Shown here one piece after another: positions 48,283-58,655 of a stretch of 64,000 bases of DNA. The DNA comes from a virus. The stretch's first letter is position 1; each line of letters starts with the position of its first letter. The notes beneath the pieces were generated by a model. That model did not search any database. It was not told the origin of the DNA and saw nothing but the letters and a program-made list of their open reading frames with translations. The stretch spans positions 63,600 to 127,599 of the IMG/VR virus record IMGVR_UViG_3300025840_003418. One strand, given 5' to 3'. Position numbers and translations under genes: made by a program.

Positions 48283-48720
48283 TTAATCTTTAGTACTTTG
48301 TTGATCAAATCGAAACAATAATTGCTCTGAAATATTGTAAGGCAGATAGGATAATAAACAACTTACTTCAATACCTGATTCATAAGTATCAACAAATACA
48401 TTCTCAACTTGAACTCTCGGATCATAGTTTACAATATTTGTAACATTCTCTAATATAGCATCTCGCACATCATCAGTAAATGGTTCCCATAATAGATCCC
48501 AAATTACACATCCAAAATACGGATCACTTAGTTTTTCGCCACGTTGTATATGGAAATGATTAATAATGTCTTGTTTAATAAGCTCAAAATCATATAATGC
48601 AAATCCTTCGGTATTTTCGTTAATACTAGAGAATCCTCTATAAGATCTTCCAACTGATGATGGCGTCGGTTTACCTTGTACAGTAACCCTTTTGTATAGA
48701 TTTTTTTCTAATGAACTCAT
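48283..48720 (-). CDS. gp25: Baseplate wedge / sheath initiator, T4 gp25-like
   Basis: YRGFS...LYDFELIKQDIINHF...GEK...P.FG..IWDLLWEP...YDPRV. Confidence 0.85.
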   Translation of the reverse strand: MSSLEKNLYKRVTVQGKPTPSSVGRSYRGFSSINENTEGFALYDFELIKQDIINHFHIQRGEKLSDPYFGCVIWDLLWEPFTDDVRDAILENVTNIVNYDPRVQVENVFVDTYESGIEVSCLLSYLPYNISEQLLFRFDQQSTKD

Positions 48721-48732
48721 ACTGTATTTACC

Positions 48733-51696
48733 TTATGCAAATGCTGATCGAATACGAGTATTTTGCTGAGCTCTACCACTAGATATTTTAGAAGCCCATG
48801 TTGCTGTTTGATTATACCAAGAAAAGCCGCCGCCTCTGTCATTTCCAACAATATCTACGTGTATATTACTAGGCCAAGACATATAAGGTCTACCATTCTT
48901 TTTGTAGCCACCTACAGCACTACTTCCGCCGTATTTAATAAACAGTCTTCCAAATTCTGCACCTAACGCAGTATTCCATAATATTTGATTTTCTGGACTT
49001 ACTGAGTTTTCATAAATTCTAATATCAGCAGCAGATCCAAAATTGTGTCTAGGCGAACCCGTGCCTACTAATATGTCAGGTTCAGATGGATGTATCCAGC
49101 CTTTTTGACCGCCGATATACCCTTCCCAGCCGCCTTCTGATAGGCACTGATCTTTTGGCATTTGCCCGCCGCTAAAGATTTCTACTTTTACATCTAATTC
49201 TAGTGCAACTTTAATTAATAAATCTTCAAGTCGTTGTTCGCATCTAAGCCTGCGAGCCTTACCTTTACAATCATAGTATAACGGATCTCTGTTTACTCCT
49301 TCTTCACCGTACTTTACTTTGCCGTATGCTTTTCCAGTTCCCGAATATGGACGATAATCAGGATCAGTTGCAGGTGGAGTTTGTGAACTTGGTGTTCGAT
49401 CAATCGGCATAGTATCAGCATCGTCGTTTTCGCCACTGTTAGGTATAGTACTGCTAGTAATATTACCGCCTGTGCCTAATACTCTGATAGAACTAGCAGA
49501 TGATTTACCTTTATCAAACGCATCAGGAGAAACAAACACATCAGTACTTGTAAGTGTACCAATCGATTCTCTGTCTGTTTTGTCTCTTTTAAATTCTACA
49601 GGGTTTAAATTCTCATGATGTGGCCAAGGCTCGTGCTGCGGTGCTCTTGGTACAATAGTTTGGTACGGAACTGGAGTAGGATTACCTGGAAATACATATG
49701 GAAGTGTATGAGTACTTAAAGGCGTAACGTTACCATATCCTCCGCTATCTCCATTAGCCTTACCTCCATTATCTCCTCCAGATGATAATCCAGGACTTGC
49801 GTTTACTAACGCACCCGATGCAGTTTTATTAGGTAACGGTAACTTCGTATTTTTTGCTAACGCCGCAGGTATTGATGTTGGTTCTGATCCTGAAAAACTA
49901 AAACTATGCGAATTTAATTTTTGATCATCGCCGGATCCAGTATCAGACCATACACCGCCGGCAGTTGTTCCGTTAACACTACCTGCTGTTAGGGCTGAAA
50001 CATCTGTTGTTAATTTAACTTGTAAATTTCCATCAATATAACTATCAGTTGCTTTTATATTAACTAGACTAGATTCTATATCTAATTCGCCTATACTTTT
50101 ATGATGAATTGTTCCTGCTGACAGATTGCTAATCTTAGAAGTATCAGCAGTTAATGTTTCGTTAACAATATTCTTTTGTGCAACATTTTGTATATCACCA
50201 ACTATAGTTTTGTTTAATATATTTTGTCCAGCTGTTGTGTTTATAGTGTTACCAACTTTGGTGTTTATATCCTCGCCAATATTAAAGTTTGCAAATTCAC
50301 CGTCTAAGTGATAAATTCCTTCTACAAAATCATACATATTAGACCCAGATGTTCTATAAAAACTATTCGCTGACTTTAAATGTATGTCGCCTTCAGACTC
50401 TAAATAAATATGTTTTGCTTTAATACTTAATATTTCATTTTGTGAGAAATTATTAGCGCCGCCTGCAGAAGTATTGTTATTACCTTTTACAGCAACATTG
50501 TAATCTCGTTCTGCAAGAATATTTGTATCGAATAAACTTTCAATTTGCACTCGGCCACTTTCAATACCGGCTTCACTTGCCTTATAATCACTCCAACGTG
50601 CAGACGCTTTAACATTTACATTTCTACCTGCTTCCATATTGATATCACGTTCGGCAGTAAAATTCAAGTCAGTATCTGTCATTATCGAAATACTGTCTTG
50701 AGCATGTATATCTATTTTACCGTCTGACGATAATTCAATCCAAGCAGTACCTCTTGAATTAGCAATATAGATTAAATCTTCTGAATTATGTAATAAAATC
50801 TGATGTCCGGTTCTAGTTCTAAAACGCATTAATTCATTATGAGGAATAGTTTCGTCGCCGCCTTCTTCTAGTCGCTGTCTATTAATATATATAGGCGGTC
50901 CATCCTCAGCATGTGTTGCTCTTATTAACTTATCGTCTCCGTCATCCATTACAAAACTACTACCACCGAGTCTATTAAACGGTACTTCAACGCCCCCGTC
51001 GGTTTCGCCATAATGAGATTTAGGACTACCCTGACGCTTATCCATCGGTCCTGGAGTAGAAAGTCCAAATACCATACTCGGTACTTCTCTTACTGCGCTT
51101 GTTGTAGTTGTTCCTCTTGCTTCGTCTTCAAGTAATCCCTGAATCTGTAAAACACTTGTAAAATCTTTATTATATGGTCTAGCAAACTGTGACGGATTTG
51201 TCTTTTCACCTGTTTCAAACGCTTTATTATATTCGCCTACAGGTAGTTTTTTACCTCTTAATTCTTTTGGAGTTCTTTCTGTAGTATTTTTTGTGCTAGG
51301 ACGTCCGTCTGGTATTGAAAAATTCATATTTTGATCAGGTATACATCCAATCCAATAACCATTACTAGAATTTCCTTCTGCAAATATAACCAATACTCTA
51401 GTTCCATAATCTGGTGGAACTGCCCACATACCATAACTTTTTTGAGAATTTTCAAAACCGTCTTTAGCCTTTAAATTATTTACTGGTGTTACTCCATAAA
51501 AAGGAGATAGGTATTTTACCTTTACTAGTTGTCCACTACGTTGCGGTGTATTACTGGCTGCATTATGTCGTAAAATTTCAACCTCTAACGACCCTTGATA
51601 ATGAGGATCTAAATGGTTTATAATTATGGCTTCAAACGGGCCAGGGCCTCGTAGATTTGCATTTTTTAAAAGTCTAGTTCTTTTATAACTTAACAT
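48733..51696 (-). CDS. Baseplate central spike (gp5/VgrG-like) with C-terminal M15-like Zn peptidase domain
   Basis: OB-fold DP...G.L.V, GMWAVPPDYGTRVLVIF...YWIGC; beta-helix RTRTGHQILL...IELSSDGKIDI; C-terminal SPRHNFGSAAD...NIHVD. Confidence 0.75.
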   Translation of the reverse strand: MLSYKRTRLLKNANLRGPGPFEAIIINHLDPHYQGSLEVEILRHNAASNTPQRSGQLVKVKYLSPFYGVTPVNNLKAKDGFENSQKSYGMWAVPPDYGTRVLVIFAEGNSSNGYWIGCIPDQNMNFSIPDGRPSTKNTTERTPKELRGKKLPVGEYNKAFETGEKTNPSQFARPYNKDFTSVLQIQGLLEDEARGTTTTSAVREVPSMVFGLSTPGPMDKRQGSPKSHYGETDGGVEVPFNRLGGSSFVMDDGDDKLIRATHAEDGPPIYINRQRLEEGGDETIPHNELMRFRTRTGHQILLHNSEDLIYIANSRGTAWIELSSDGKIDIHAQDSISIMTDTDLNFTAERDINMEAGRNVNVKASARWSDYKASEAGIESGRVQIESLFDTNILAERDYNVAVKGNNNTSAGGANNFSQNEILSIKAKHIYLESEGDIHLKSANSFYRTSGSNMYDFVEGIYHLDGEFANFNIGEDINTKVGNTINTTAGQNILNKTIVGDIQNVAQKNIVNETLTADTSKISNLSAGTIHHKSIGELDIESSLVNIKATDSYIDGNLQVKLTTDVSALTAGSVNGTTAGGVWSDTGSGDDQKLNSHSFSFSGSEPTSIPAALAKNTKLPLPNKTASGALVNASPGLSSGGDNGGKANGDSGGYGNVTPLSTHTLPYVFPGNPTPVPYQTIVPRAPQHEPWPHHENLNPVEFKRDKTDRESIGTLTSTDVFVSPDAFDKGKSSASSIRVLGTGGNITSSTIPNSGENDDADTMPIDRTPSSQTPPATDPDYRPYSGTGKAYGKVKYGEEGVNRDPLYYDCKGKARRLRCEQRLEDLLIKVALELDVKVEIFSGGQMPKDQCLSEGGWEGYIGGQKGWIHPSEPDILVGTGSPRHNFGSAADIRIYENSVSPENQILWNTALGAEFGRLFIKYGGSSAVGGYKKNGRPYMSWPSNIHVDIVGNDRGGGFSWYNQTATWASKISSGRAQQNTRIRSAFA

Positions 51697-51721
51697 TTTT
51701 ACTACCTATATTTGTCATTAT

Positions 51722-54523
51722 TTAAAATGTAATTAATTCTGTTGTGCCGTCTGCTCTTAATATTTCATAATTTATATATACATTTGATTCAGTAAGATAA
51801 CCTGTAAACAAATCTCCTTCATTTAAATTATTTTCTACATCAGGAAAGTCTGCTGGTACATAAAAACCAGTTATTGTACGGCCTGGAGCATTTATTTGTG
51901 CTCTGCCATCGGAGTTAGTAGAAATACTAGATACTAATTCATCATAATCTGATGAAGTGAATCGAATGTTTTCTGCTAGACGCTTTTTAGCTTCAACTTT
52001 GTTGCTGTATGTGTTTCTTTTTATCTTTTCAAAAGAATTTTCCATAGCGCCAGAACCGTTATACATAAATTCATACCCTGGTTTAGTAACTATAACCTCT
52101 CCCGTGTTTGAATATGATATGTCAGTATCTTTAGGTGCTTCGCCTATTACTGCACCTGTTGTTGCATCGATAATTTGTCCGTCACTTTCTACTGTTTCGT
52201 AAGATGCTAAAGCTTCGAGGAATTCGTCGTCGTTTTTTAAAACTTGTCCGTCAGTGCCTTCAGTTATTCCGAGGTCAGTAGTAGGCAAATAACCTGATGA
52301 CGGTTTCTTAGACACTATATCACGTTTCCATTCTGTAATTGAAGTGGAAGATCTACTAATAGTTTTTGTTGTTGGTAAAGGTTTTTCAGACAACCCTACG
52401 GTACCGGCTGGCCTGTTATTAAATGTTTCGCTATAATAAGAAACTGGATTAGACAAGTTTGTCTCAATAGTATTCTGTCTATCGGGTGAATAAAATTCGT
52501 CTTTAAATTTATCAGATCGTTTTTTTAAATTGTTAATATTCTCTATTTCCCTAGGATCATTTAGGTCAATTCCTTTTGTTGCAACATAAGTGTTTCTCAT
52601 ACTTGTAAGATCATATACACTAGATGCTTCTTTATAATAACTAGCAGTAATTTTAGCACCTATCGTAGGGTCATATACAAGGTCAGGCGTTGATACTAAA
52701 TCTACGCCGATTTTGTCTGACATTTTTCTATAATTATCTTCTCCGGCTAACCCAATAAATCCTCTAGGTTTAAATGCAGAGCCGCCAGCGTATGCATAAA
52801 TTTCATCAAAGAATAAATCAGGATCTCCTTTTATAGCATCTAAAGTTGAATCAGTAATATTTTCTGCTAATGGTCCGTATTCGTATCTTATTTGTTCATT
52901 TGAGAAACCTGCAACACTTTTAGTTGCGTTAGGGTTCAATGCACTTTGCTGTTCTACCATTGCTATAATATTAGATTTTACAGTATTATCTGTAATTCCT
53001 ATATTTTCTAATTCTGAATTTATACTATTTGCCGAGCTCAATGCTTGCCCTGTTGTTGTTACTGCAGGAAGTTGAGTTGTAGAGTCTATTACACCTCGGC
53101 CTCTTTCTTCAAAGCTAGGGTATCCTTTGTATATACTAGTAAAATCGTCTTCAACTTTATCTGCTTTGCCTATCGATTCGTTCTTTGACATATGGTTTGA
53201 ATCAATTGTTCCGTTGTTTACTCTAAGATCTCTAACCATTCTTCCTAATCTAAAATCGTAGCGAGTGTAATGAGGTTCCATAGTCTTATATTCGTAAACA
53301 TTACTATTAGCAGATGGTAACTCGAGCGATTTATTTGGATGAGCAGTTGTGCTGCGCCCTGCTGTCATAATATTATTATTACCAGTAGCAAAATCTGTAG
53401 TACGTTTTAGACTAGCGCCACTTTCAGGATCAGCAACACTTGTTCCATCTGTGTTTATAACTGATTTAGTAATTTTTCCTGTGCCGCCGGTTCTAATATC
53501 TTTAAGAGCTTGTGTAAAATTAGAGCCTTTGTGTCCTACACCATTTATTCCGTCACCGTCGTAGAAACCCTGTCCTTTGGAAAGATTAGTATTCGGGATA
53601 GGAACTCCTTTATACTCTCCTATTGCTCCTTTTGATACATCAAACGGCACTGGTACACTTGCAAACTCCATAGCTAATTGTAGTTGAAAATCTTGATCTG
53701 ATAATTTTCCAGCCTTCCATTTTTTTAGTTTTCGAAATCCTTCTAGTCTTATAATTATAAGAGCATCTTGCACTTCAGGAGTAAATCTAATAATATCTTT
53801 TTTATCGTTTAGTCCTGCATTCTTAATACAGTAATCTAGTGTTACTTTGATAAATTGATATCTGCCAACTGCTGACGATTTACCTGGTTTACCTTCTCTA
53901 CTGACTAATTCATTTTGTTTTTCTTTCACATCATCTAAGGTCATACTGCATAGTCGATTATCAGTTTCTCCCATCCAATGTGCATTATAACCTAGAGGAC
54001 CTGATTCGTATTTTGCAATTAAATCAAGTAACTTTTTATCTTGCTCAGTAATAGTAATGTACTCTTTGCCGTCTTCGTCTGCACTTTCAGATATGTCTGA
54101 AATTTTGTCTCTATTATTATATGTTTCCCCACTAGTAGATTGACTAGAAATCACACTTGTGCCATTGTTTAAGTTTATCTTTTTTGCGTTAAAGTCACCT
54201 ATAATAGTTGCTTCGGGATATTGGTTCTTTATCTCTAGTGCCTTTTCTGTTGTAAGTTTAAGAGAAGCTCCTGCTTCCATAAAATCAGTAGCAGAAACAA
54301 GAGGTATAATTGTTGCTCCTTCTGCACTAGCTGCACTTTCAATTGCACTCTTATAAGAAGGTAACCCATTTTCAGGATCATCATTGGGCGGAACCACAAC
54401 TATAGTTTCGTATCCTTTTAACTTTAAATCTTTAATAATTTTAGTAAGATTTTCGCCTGTGGTTGCAGCAGGTAAATTTTGATCATTATTGCCAATAGAT
54501 ATTATTGCAGTTTTTTTACTCAT
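51722..54523 (-). CDS. Multidomain tail-associated lysin: SGNH-like, lysozyme-like and degenerate GH19-like domains
   Basis: IISIGNND; LLDLIAKYES..GYN...SAVGRYQFI..TL...FTPEVQD; FKPRGFIGLAGEDNY...IGVDLVSTPDLV. Confidence 0.65.
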   Translation of the reverse strand: MSKKTAIISIGNNDQNLPAATTGENLTKIIKDLKLKGYETIVVVPPNDDPENGLPSYKSAIESAASAEGATIIPLVSATDFMEAGASLKLTTEKALEIKNQYPEATIIGDFNAKKINLNNGTSVISSQSTSGETYNNRDKISDISESADEDGKEYITITEQDKKLLDLIAKYESGPLGYNAHWMGETDNRLCSMTLDDVKEKQNELVSREGKPGKSSAVGRYQFIKVTLDYCIKNAGLNDKKDIIRFTPEVQDALIIIRLEGFRKLKKWKAGKLSDQDFQLQLAMEFASVPVPFDVSKGAIGEYKGVPIPNTNLSKGQGFYDGDGINGVGHKGSNFTQALKDIRTGGTGKITKSVINTDGTSVADPESGASLKRTTDFATGNNNIMTAGRSTTAHPNKSLELPSANSNVYEYKTMEPHYTRYDFRLGRMVRDLRVNNGTIDSNHMSKNESIGKADKVEDDFTSIYKGYPSFEERGRGVIDSTTQLPAVTTTGQALSSANSINSELENIGITDNTVKSNIIAMVEQQSALNPNATKSVAGFSNEQIRYEYGPLAENITDSTLDAIKGDPDLFFDEIYAYAGGSAFKPRGFIGLAGEDNYRKMSDKIGVDLVSTPDLVYDPTIGAKITASYYKEASSVYDLTSMRNTYVATKGIDLNDPREIENINNLKKRSDKFKDEFYSPDRQNTIETNLSNPVSYYSETFNNRPAGTVGLSEKPLPTTKTISRSSTSITEWKRDIVSKKPSSGYLPTTDLGITEGTDGQVLKNDDEFLEALASYETVESDGQIIDATTGAVIGEAPKDTDISYSNTGEVIVTKPGYEFMYNGSGAMENSFEKIKRNTYSNKVEAKKRLAENIRFTSSDYDELVSSISTNSDGRAQINAPGRTITGFYVPADFPDVENNLNEGDLFTGYLTESNVYINYEILRADGTTELITF

Positions 54524-57500
54524 GGCTCGTCTGGCCTTCTCAATATAGTTCTACCACTTACGTCATTACCATCAGTTCGATTTTCTCGATAAAGGTTACC
54601 ATAATAGTGTCCCGATGATCCTTCGCCTTCAGTAGTTTGATTAGCTCGTCTAATTAATTTTAAATTTTGTTTAAACTCGCCGCCACTAAAACTATTTGAC
54701 ACCCCAAGTATTTGAAATAGTCCACTAAACGGTCTTACAAGCTCAGGCATATTCATTACAAAATTTCCCATTTCTTTAGGATAATCAATCGGTGTTTTAA
54801 AATTGATAATACATAGTACTTCGTTATTTAAATATTCAACAGTGCCATCCTTAGACACATTTGGTGATAAAAATCCTGACTTATAATTTCCTTGATCTGT
54901 AGGTAGATAGAACGGATCTCCCCAAATTTCCATTGTAGCAGATATCATTTCTATTTCACTGTTAATAATTCTATTATGAAAAGTTTCAGCAATACGTCTA
55001 GCAGTAGTTTTTGAATAACTGCCATTTAAAAATTGATGATCATTCCTTGCTATTAGAGATATAGCTCTTGAGTCATAATCATCGTTATTTTCGGTTCCTG
55101 AATCATTTTCCGCTATCCGAGGATTGCTAACTATACCAGGTGCTATTGCTAATTTATTTGTGTTGTCATAACCAGATCCTACGTCACTAAGAACATTACT
55201 AACAAATGCATTATTAAAATTAATATTAAAATCTATAATATCTTCATTTTTTCCTGTATATATGTAATCATATTCTTTTACAGCAGAATCCTTTAACTTT
55301 TTTGTATTCATTGGAGATTCACCAGGTGCTAATGTCTTTGCTTCGTCTGGTAAATACGGATGTACACAATAAACATACGTCATTCTATGCCTACCAATAG
55401 ATTTTTCGATATCTGTGTCATATTCAATAAAAACCATAGGCTCAATTATAAACCATTTCTTTTTACCGTTATTTGTTTTTTGTGGGGCTTTTTGACAATA
55501 GTCTGTATCTAACATTACATCTTCAATTATTTGTGTAATTTTTGATTGCTGAGGATACGTAAAAAGGTTAGAAGTTACGGCAGTTTCTAATTCTGCAGAA
55601 TTCTGAAACATAATAGACTTTTCTTTTGCGGCGTTAGGATCGTTTGGTCCAACAGACACTGCTGCCGGTGAAGCATTAGACGAATCATTAGATTTAGTAG
55701 GGTCTCCTAAAATTTTTGATCTACCTAGTTCGTTTACATTGTCTTCGTTCAGTCCCCATGCTCTTAAAGAACTATATATCGGAGGAGCATTAAAAAATTT
55801 AACATCCGATTTTACTGTTGCAACTTTTTCTGGTGCATTAGGATTGTTATCTTGTCCGCCTCTTTCTGTTTGATATTGGGTTTCTGCATCTATCATTAGT
55901 GCATTATGGTTTGTTTTAAAACCGTTATAATTATTATACGCCTGTATTACACTATCTTTCTCTTTAGGAAATAAAATTAAATATCTATCATATCCTTTTA
56001 CTTTTTTAGATTCTTCTAGTTTTTCTATATGTTCATTAATATTTCTTGTTATACTTTTATTTGATGTTTCTAATACTTCTGCAGCAGTTCTTCCTGAAGC
56101 ATTTACATCAGTTTTTATAGTATTAATAGAATCTTCAAAAACTATTTCAGAGTATGCTACTGCTTTAACACCGTAAACGCTTCCTGATTCTGTAACGTCA
56201 AAATCTGTGTTTATTATCATAATAGGGATATATTTGTCAATTACGCCAGGAGCTTTTATTTTTTCGCCTGTCGGTCCGTATCCTTCAAATGATATTTTTA
56301 AACAAAAAGGTATTTTGTTAAAACTTGAATATTGCTTTTCTTCAGCAGTAATTTTTAATGCTTCTAAAAATTTACCCATACTATAAGGTTCAGTTACTGT
56401 AAAATTTATAGTAGTTCCTAAAGATACTCCGGTTTTTGAATTTGGGGCAATTACACTGTCAATTTCCAAATCATCTATAAAATACTCTGCGTGGCCTTTT
56501 AATTGTTCAACCTCAGCAGTAGTAAGTACTCGTCTATCTGTGCCGCCGCCTGATCTAATTATTACACTTTCAAATCCGTCAGTTTTATATTTTGATGCAT
56601 TGTTATATTCTTCAGGAGATAAAACTCCTAAAGTAATTCTATAATTATATATACTATGTACTCTTAACGGATTTTTAAGTTTATTACCTTGCATAGGTAT
56701 TCCGAGATTTGCAAGATCGTCAGTTATAGACATAGGGTCATTAAATAACTCTATAAACGAATCTGCACCTTCTATAATATCAGTAAGTCCTGTAAAAAAT
56801 TTATTACTTCTATCAATTTGTAAAAGGTCTGATAATGGCTGTTGTAAATTTCCTGTTAGATTAGATAATTGTCCTGCAAAATTTGAAATTTGACCGATTG
56901 TATTTGTAAGATTTGTTAGTTTTGCATTTTTTGAGCCAAAAACACCAGCAATATTATTAGCCGATATTAGTGCATTATTAACATTAGAAAGATTAGATAT
57001 GCTGCTGCCTGGTTTTAGATTTCCGAGGCTAGAATTAATACGATTTAAATTGCCTACAATAGAACTCGAACCTCCTAGAAGATTACCTGTTACACTATTA
57101 ACTTGTTTTGAAAGATCATTGTTTAAGTTTACTCCTAGTATTCTAGCAGTATCAGAAAGTGGATTTTTTATTGCTCCAATGTTTCCTGCAAAATTTCCAG
57201 ATAGTCCAGTTATCGAACTTATTTTACCAGCTGTTTCTAAAACACTAAGTCCAGATAACGACGTAGATAGTATACTATCAAGAGCAGGTATTTTTCCTGC
57301 TATACTTCCAAGCCCACCACCGGTTGCTTGACTTAAAGAATTAAGACTTGCAATTGTACCACGCAATGCAGGATTAATTGTACTAAGTGAATTAGAAATA
57401 TTTGCAGCAACTTTATTTCGTTGAGGATCTAATGCTACAGTTGTTGCATCTGCAAAAGTAGTAATCGAATCTGTTAATTCACCAGGGAGTAAACTAGGGT

Positions 57501-57609
57501 TACTTAACGGTGACGAAGTTATATTTTTTGGTGCAACATTACTATCAACGTTTGCTGACGAACTTCTCGGCGTTTGTGTTACTGGTTGATAATAAGACTT
57601 CGGTGCCAT
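54520..57609 (-). CDS. Tail/baseplate hub-like structural protein with low-complexity N-terminus
   Basis: NPL...YNY.ITL, FTVTEPYS, KEYDYIYTGKN, IWGDPFYL, FSGLFQILGVSNSFSGGEFKQNL (hub-type C-terminus). Confidence 0.6.
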   Translation of the reverse strand: MAPKSYYQPVTQTPRSSSANVDSNVAPKNITSSPLSNPSLLPGELTDSITTFADATTVALDPQRNKVAANISNSLSTINPALRGTIASLNSLSQATGGGLGSIAGKIPALDSILSTSLSGLSVLETAGKISSITGLSGNFAGNIGAIKNPLSDTARILGVNLNNDLSKQVNSVTGNLLGGSSSIVGNLNRINSSLGNLKPGSSISNLSNVNNALISANNIAGVFGSKNAKLTNLTNTIGQISNFAGQLSNLTGNLQQPLSDLLQIDRSNKFFTGLTDIIEGADSFIELFNDPMSITDDLANLGIPMQGNKLKNPLRVHSIYNYRITLGVLSPEEYNNASKYKTDGFESVIIRSGGGTDRRVLTTAEVEQLKGHAEYFIDDLEIDSVIAPNSKTGVSLGTTINFTVTEPYSMGKFLEALKITAEEKQYSSFNKIPFCLKISFEGYGPTGEKIKAPGVIDKYIPIMIINTDFDVTESGSVYGVKAVAYSEIVFEDSINTIKTDVNASGRTAAEVLETSNKSITRNINEHIEKLEESKKVKGYDRYLILFPKEKDSVIQAYNNYNGFKTNHNALMIDAETQYQTERGGQDNNPNAPEKVATVKSDVKFFNAPPIYSSLRAWGLNEDNVNELGRSKILGDPTKSNDSSNASPAAVSVGPNDPNAAKEKSIMFQNSAELETAVTSNLFTYPQQSKITQIIEDVMLDTDYCQKAPQKTNNGKKKWFIIEPMVFIEYDTDIEKSIGRHRMTYVYCVHPYLPDEAKTLAPGESPMNTKKLKDSAVKEYDYIYTGKNEDIIDFNINFNNAFVSNVLSDVGSGYDNTNKLAIAPGIVSNPRIAENDSGTENNDDYDSRAISLIARNDHQFLNGSYSKTTARRIAETFHNRIINSEIEMISATMEIWGDPFYLPTDQGNYKSGFLSPNVSKDGTVEYLNNEVLCIINFKTPIDYPKEMGNFVMNMPELVRPFSGLFQILGVSNSFSGGEFKQNLKLIRRANQTTEGEGSSGHYYGNLYRENRTDGNDVSGRTILRRPDEP

Positions 57610-57612
57610 ATA

Positions 57613-57894
57613 TTATCCTATGCTCTTTGTTAAATATTGCTCTTGCGGTAGATAAATTTTTGTACCTGCAATAAAATCAAAAATAGGATCTTTTAATATA
57701 TCAGTATTTCTCTGAGCAAATACCCACCATAAATCTTTTGATCCATATAATGCCATTGCAAGTAAGTCAGGTCTATATGTATACGCTGCTGGAATTTCAA
57801 ACAATATATCGTCAGACGCTCTTGGAACTGGTCTAGGAACAAATAAGTCTAAATATCCTTGATTATTAATTGGTGTATTTTCGTATAACTTCAT
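57613..57894 (-). CDS. LysM-like baseplate wedge protein (gp53 / tail protein X-like)
   Basis: YRPDLLAMALYGSKDLWWVF...N...DP......G..IYLP. Confidence 0.75.
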   Translation of the reverse strand: MKLYENTPINNQGYLDLFVPRPVPRASDDILFEIPAAYTYRPDLLAMALYGSKDLWWVFAQRNTDILKDPIFDFIAGTKIYLPQEQYLTKSIG

Positions 57895-58577
57895 TAGATA
57901 AATCCTTTATCACTAAGTTTACCTTCAGCAAAATCTTTAAGTGTAAATTGCGATACTAACGCTCTTGCGTATGTTGGTGATGCTGTAACTGTAATAGTCG
58001 ATGATACAGGAACATAATTATCCTTGCCATCTACTTCGCATTTTATATAATCATTATCACCTAACAAATCAGTAGTAAAGTTTGTTATTACAACTGGTAC
58101 TCTGTCAAATACATGTCTGCCATAACCACTTAATCTAGATATCGGAGGCGGGGCACCTGTATCGCCGTAAAACATTTTTGTCATTGTTCTTAAAAAATGT
58201 ACTGCTGCTAACCAATATTTTGCATCTTCTGCATTTTCGCTTATAAATTCACCAGTAATAGTAATTTGTTGAATTTCACTATTTCTATAGGACTGGAATG
58301 GATAGTTAGAATGTGTTGGTGCTATTTGTGTATAATTTGCACTATGTCCTAAAATAATTGTAGGAGTAAAAGGAAAAATCATATGACTGCCTAATGGTTT
58401 TAATATTTCACTATCTTTAAATTGGCTAGGTACTGCAAGTCTAACCCTCCAGTCATTTATAACTTCTCCATTATTTGTGGATGCTTGTGCAATTGTCTGT
58501 TTTTGTGCATTTGATTCGAATCCATTCAGCGCTTTCATCCATGACGGTGAAAGATTATACTCATAAAATTTATCCAT
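57894..58577 (-). CDS. Tail tube initiator / baseplate-tube junction-like protein
   Basis: FPFTPTI...ITITGEF...FLR..TKMFYG...PPP...VPVVITNF. First gene of the tail block. Confidence 0.55.
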   Translation of the reverse strand: MDKFYEYNLSPSWMKALNGFESNAQKQTIAQASTNNGEVINDWRVRLAVPSQFKDSEILKPLGSHMIFPFTPTIILGHSANYTQIAPTHSNYPFQSYRNSEIQQITITGEFISENAEDAKYWLAAVHFLRTMTKMFYGDTGAPPPISRLSGYGRHVFDRVPVVITNFTTDLLGDNDYIKCEVDGKDNYVPVSSTITVTASPTYARALVSQFTLKDFAEGKLSDKGFI

Positions 58578-58594
58578 TAGTTATTCTCCTATAG

Positions 58595-58600
58595 TATTTA
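58595..58600 (-). promoter_or_regulatory. Putative late promoter TAAATA for the tail/baseplate operon
   Basis: Minus strand reads ctaaatactatAGGAGaataactaATG. The same hexamer recurs before other structural genes at 23014, 25569, 30469, 48252, 48725 and 51719. Confidence 0.65.
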
Positions 58601-58601
58601 G

Positions 58602-58630
58602 TTGACAAATTTAACTACATAGTTTATAAT
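58602..58630 (+). promoter_or_regulatory. Consensus sigma70 promoter TTGACA-N17-TATAAT
   Basis: TTGACA 58602-58607, TATAAT 58625-58630, AGGAG RBS, ATG 58656. Confidence 0.9.
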
Positions 58631-58655
58631 AGTAATAAAGTTTCTAGGAGAAATT

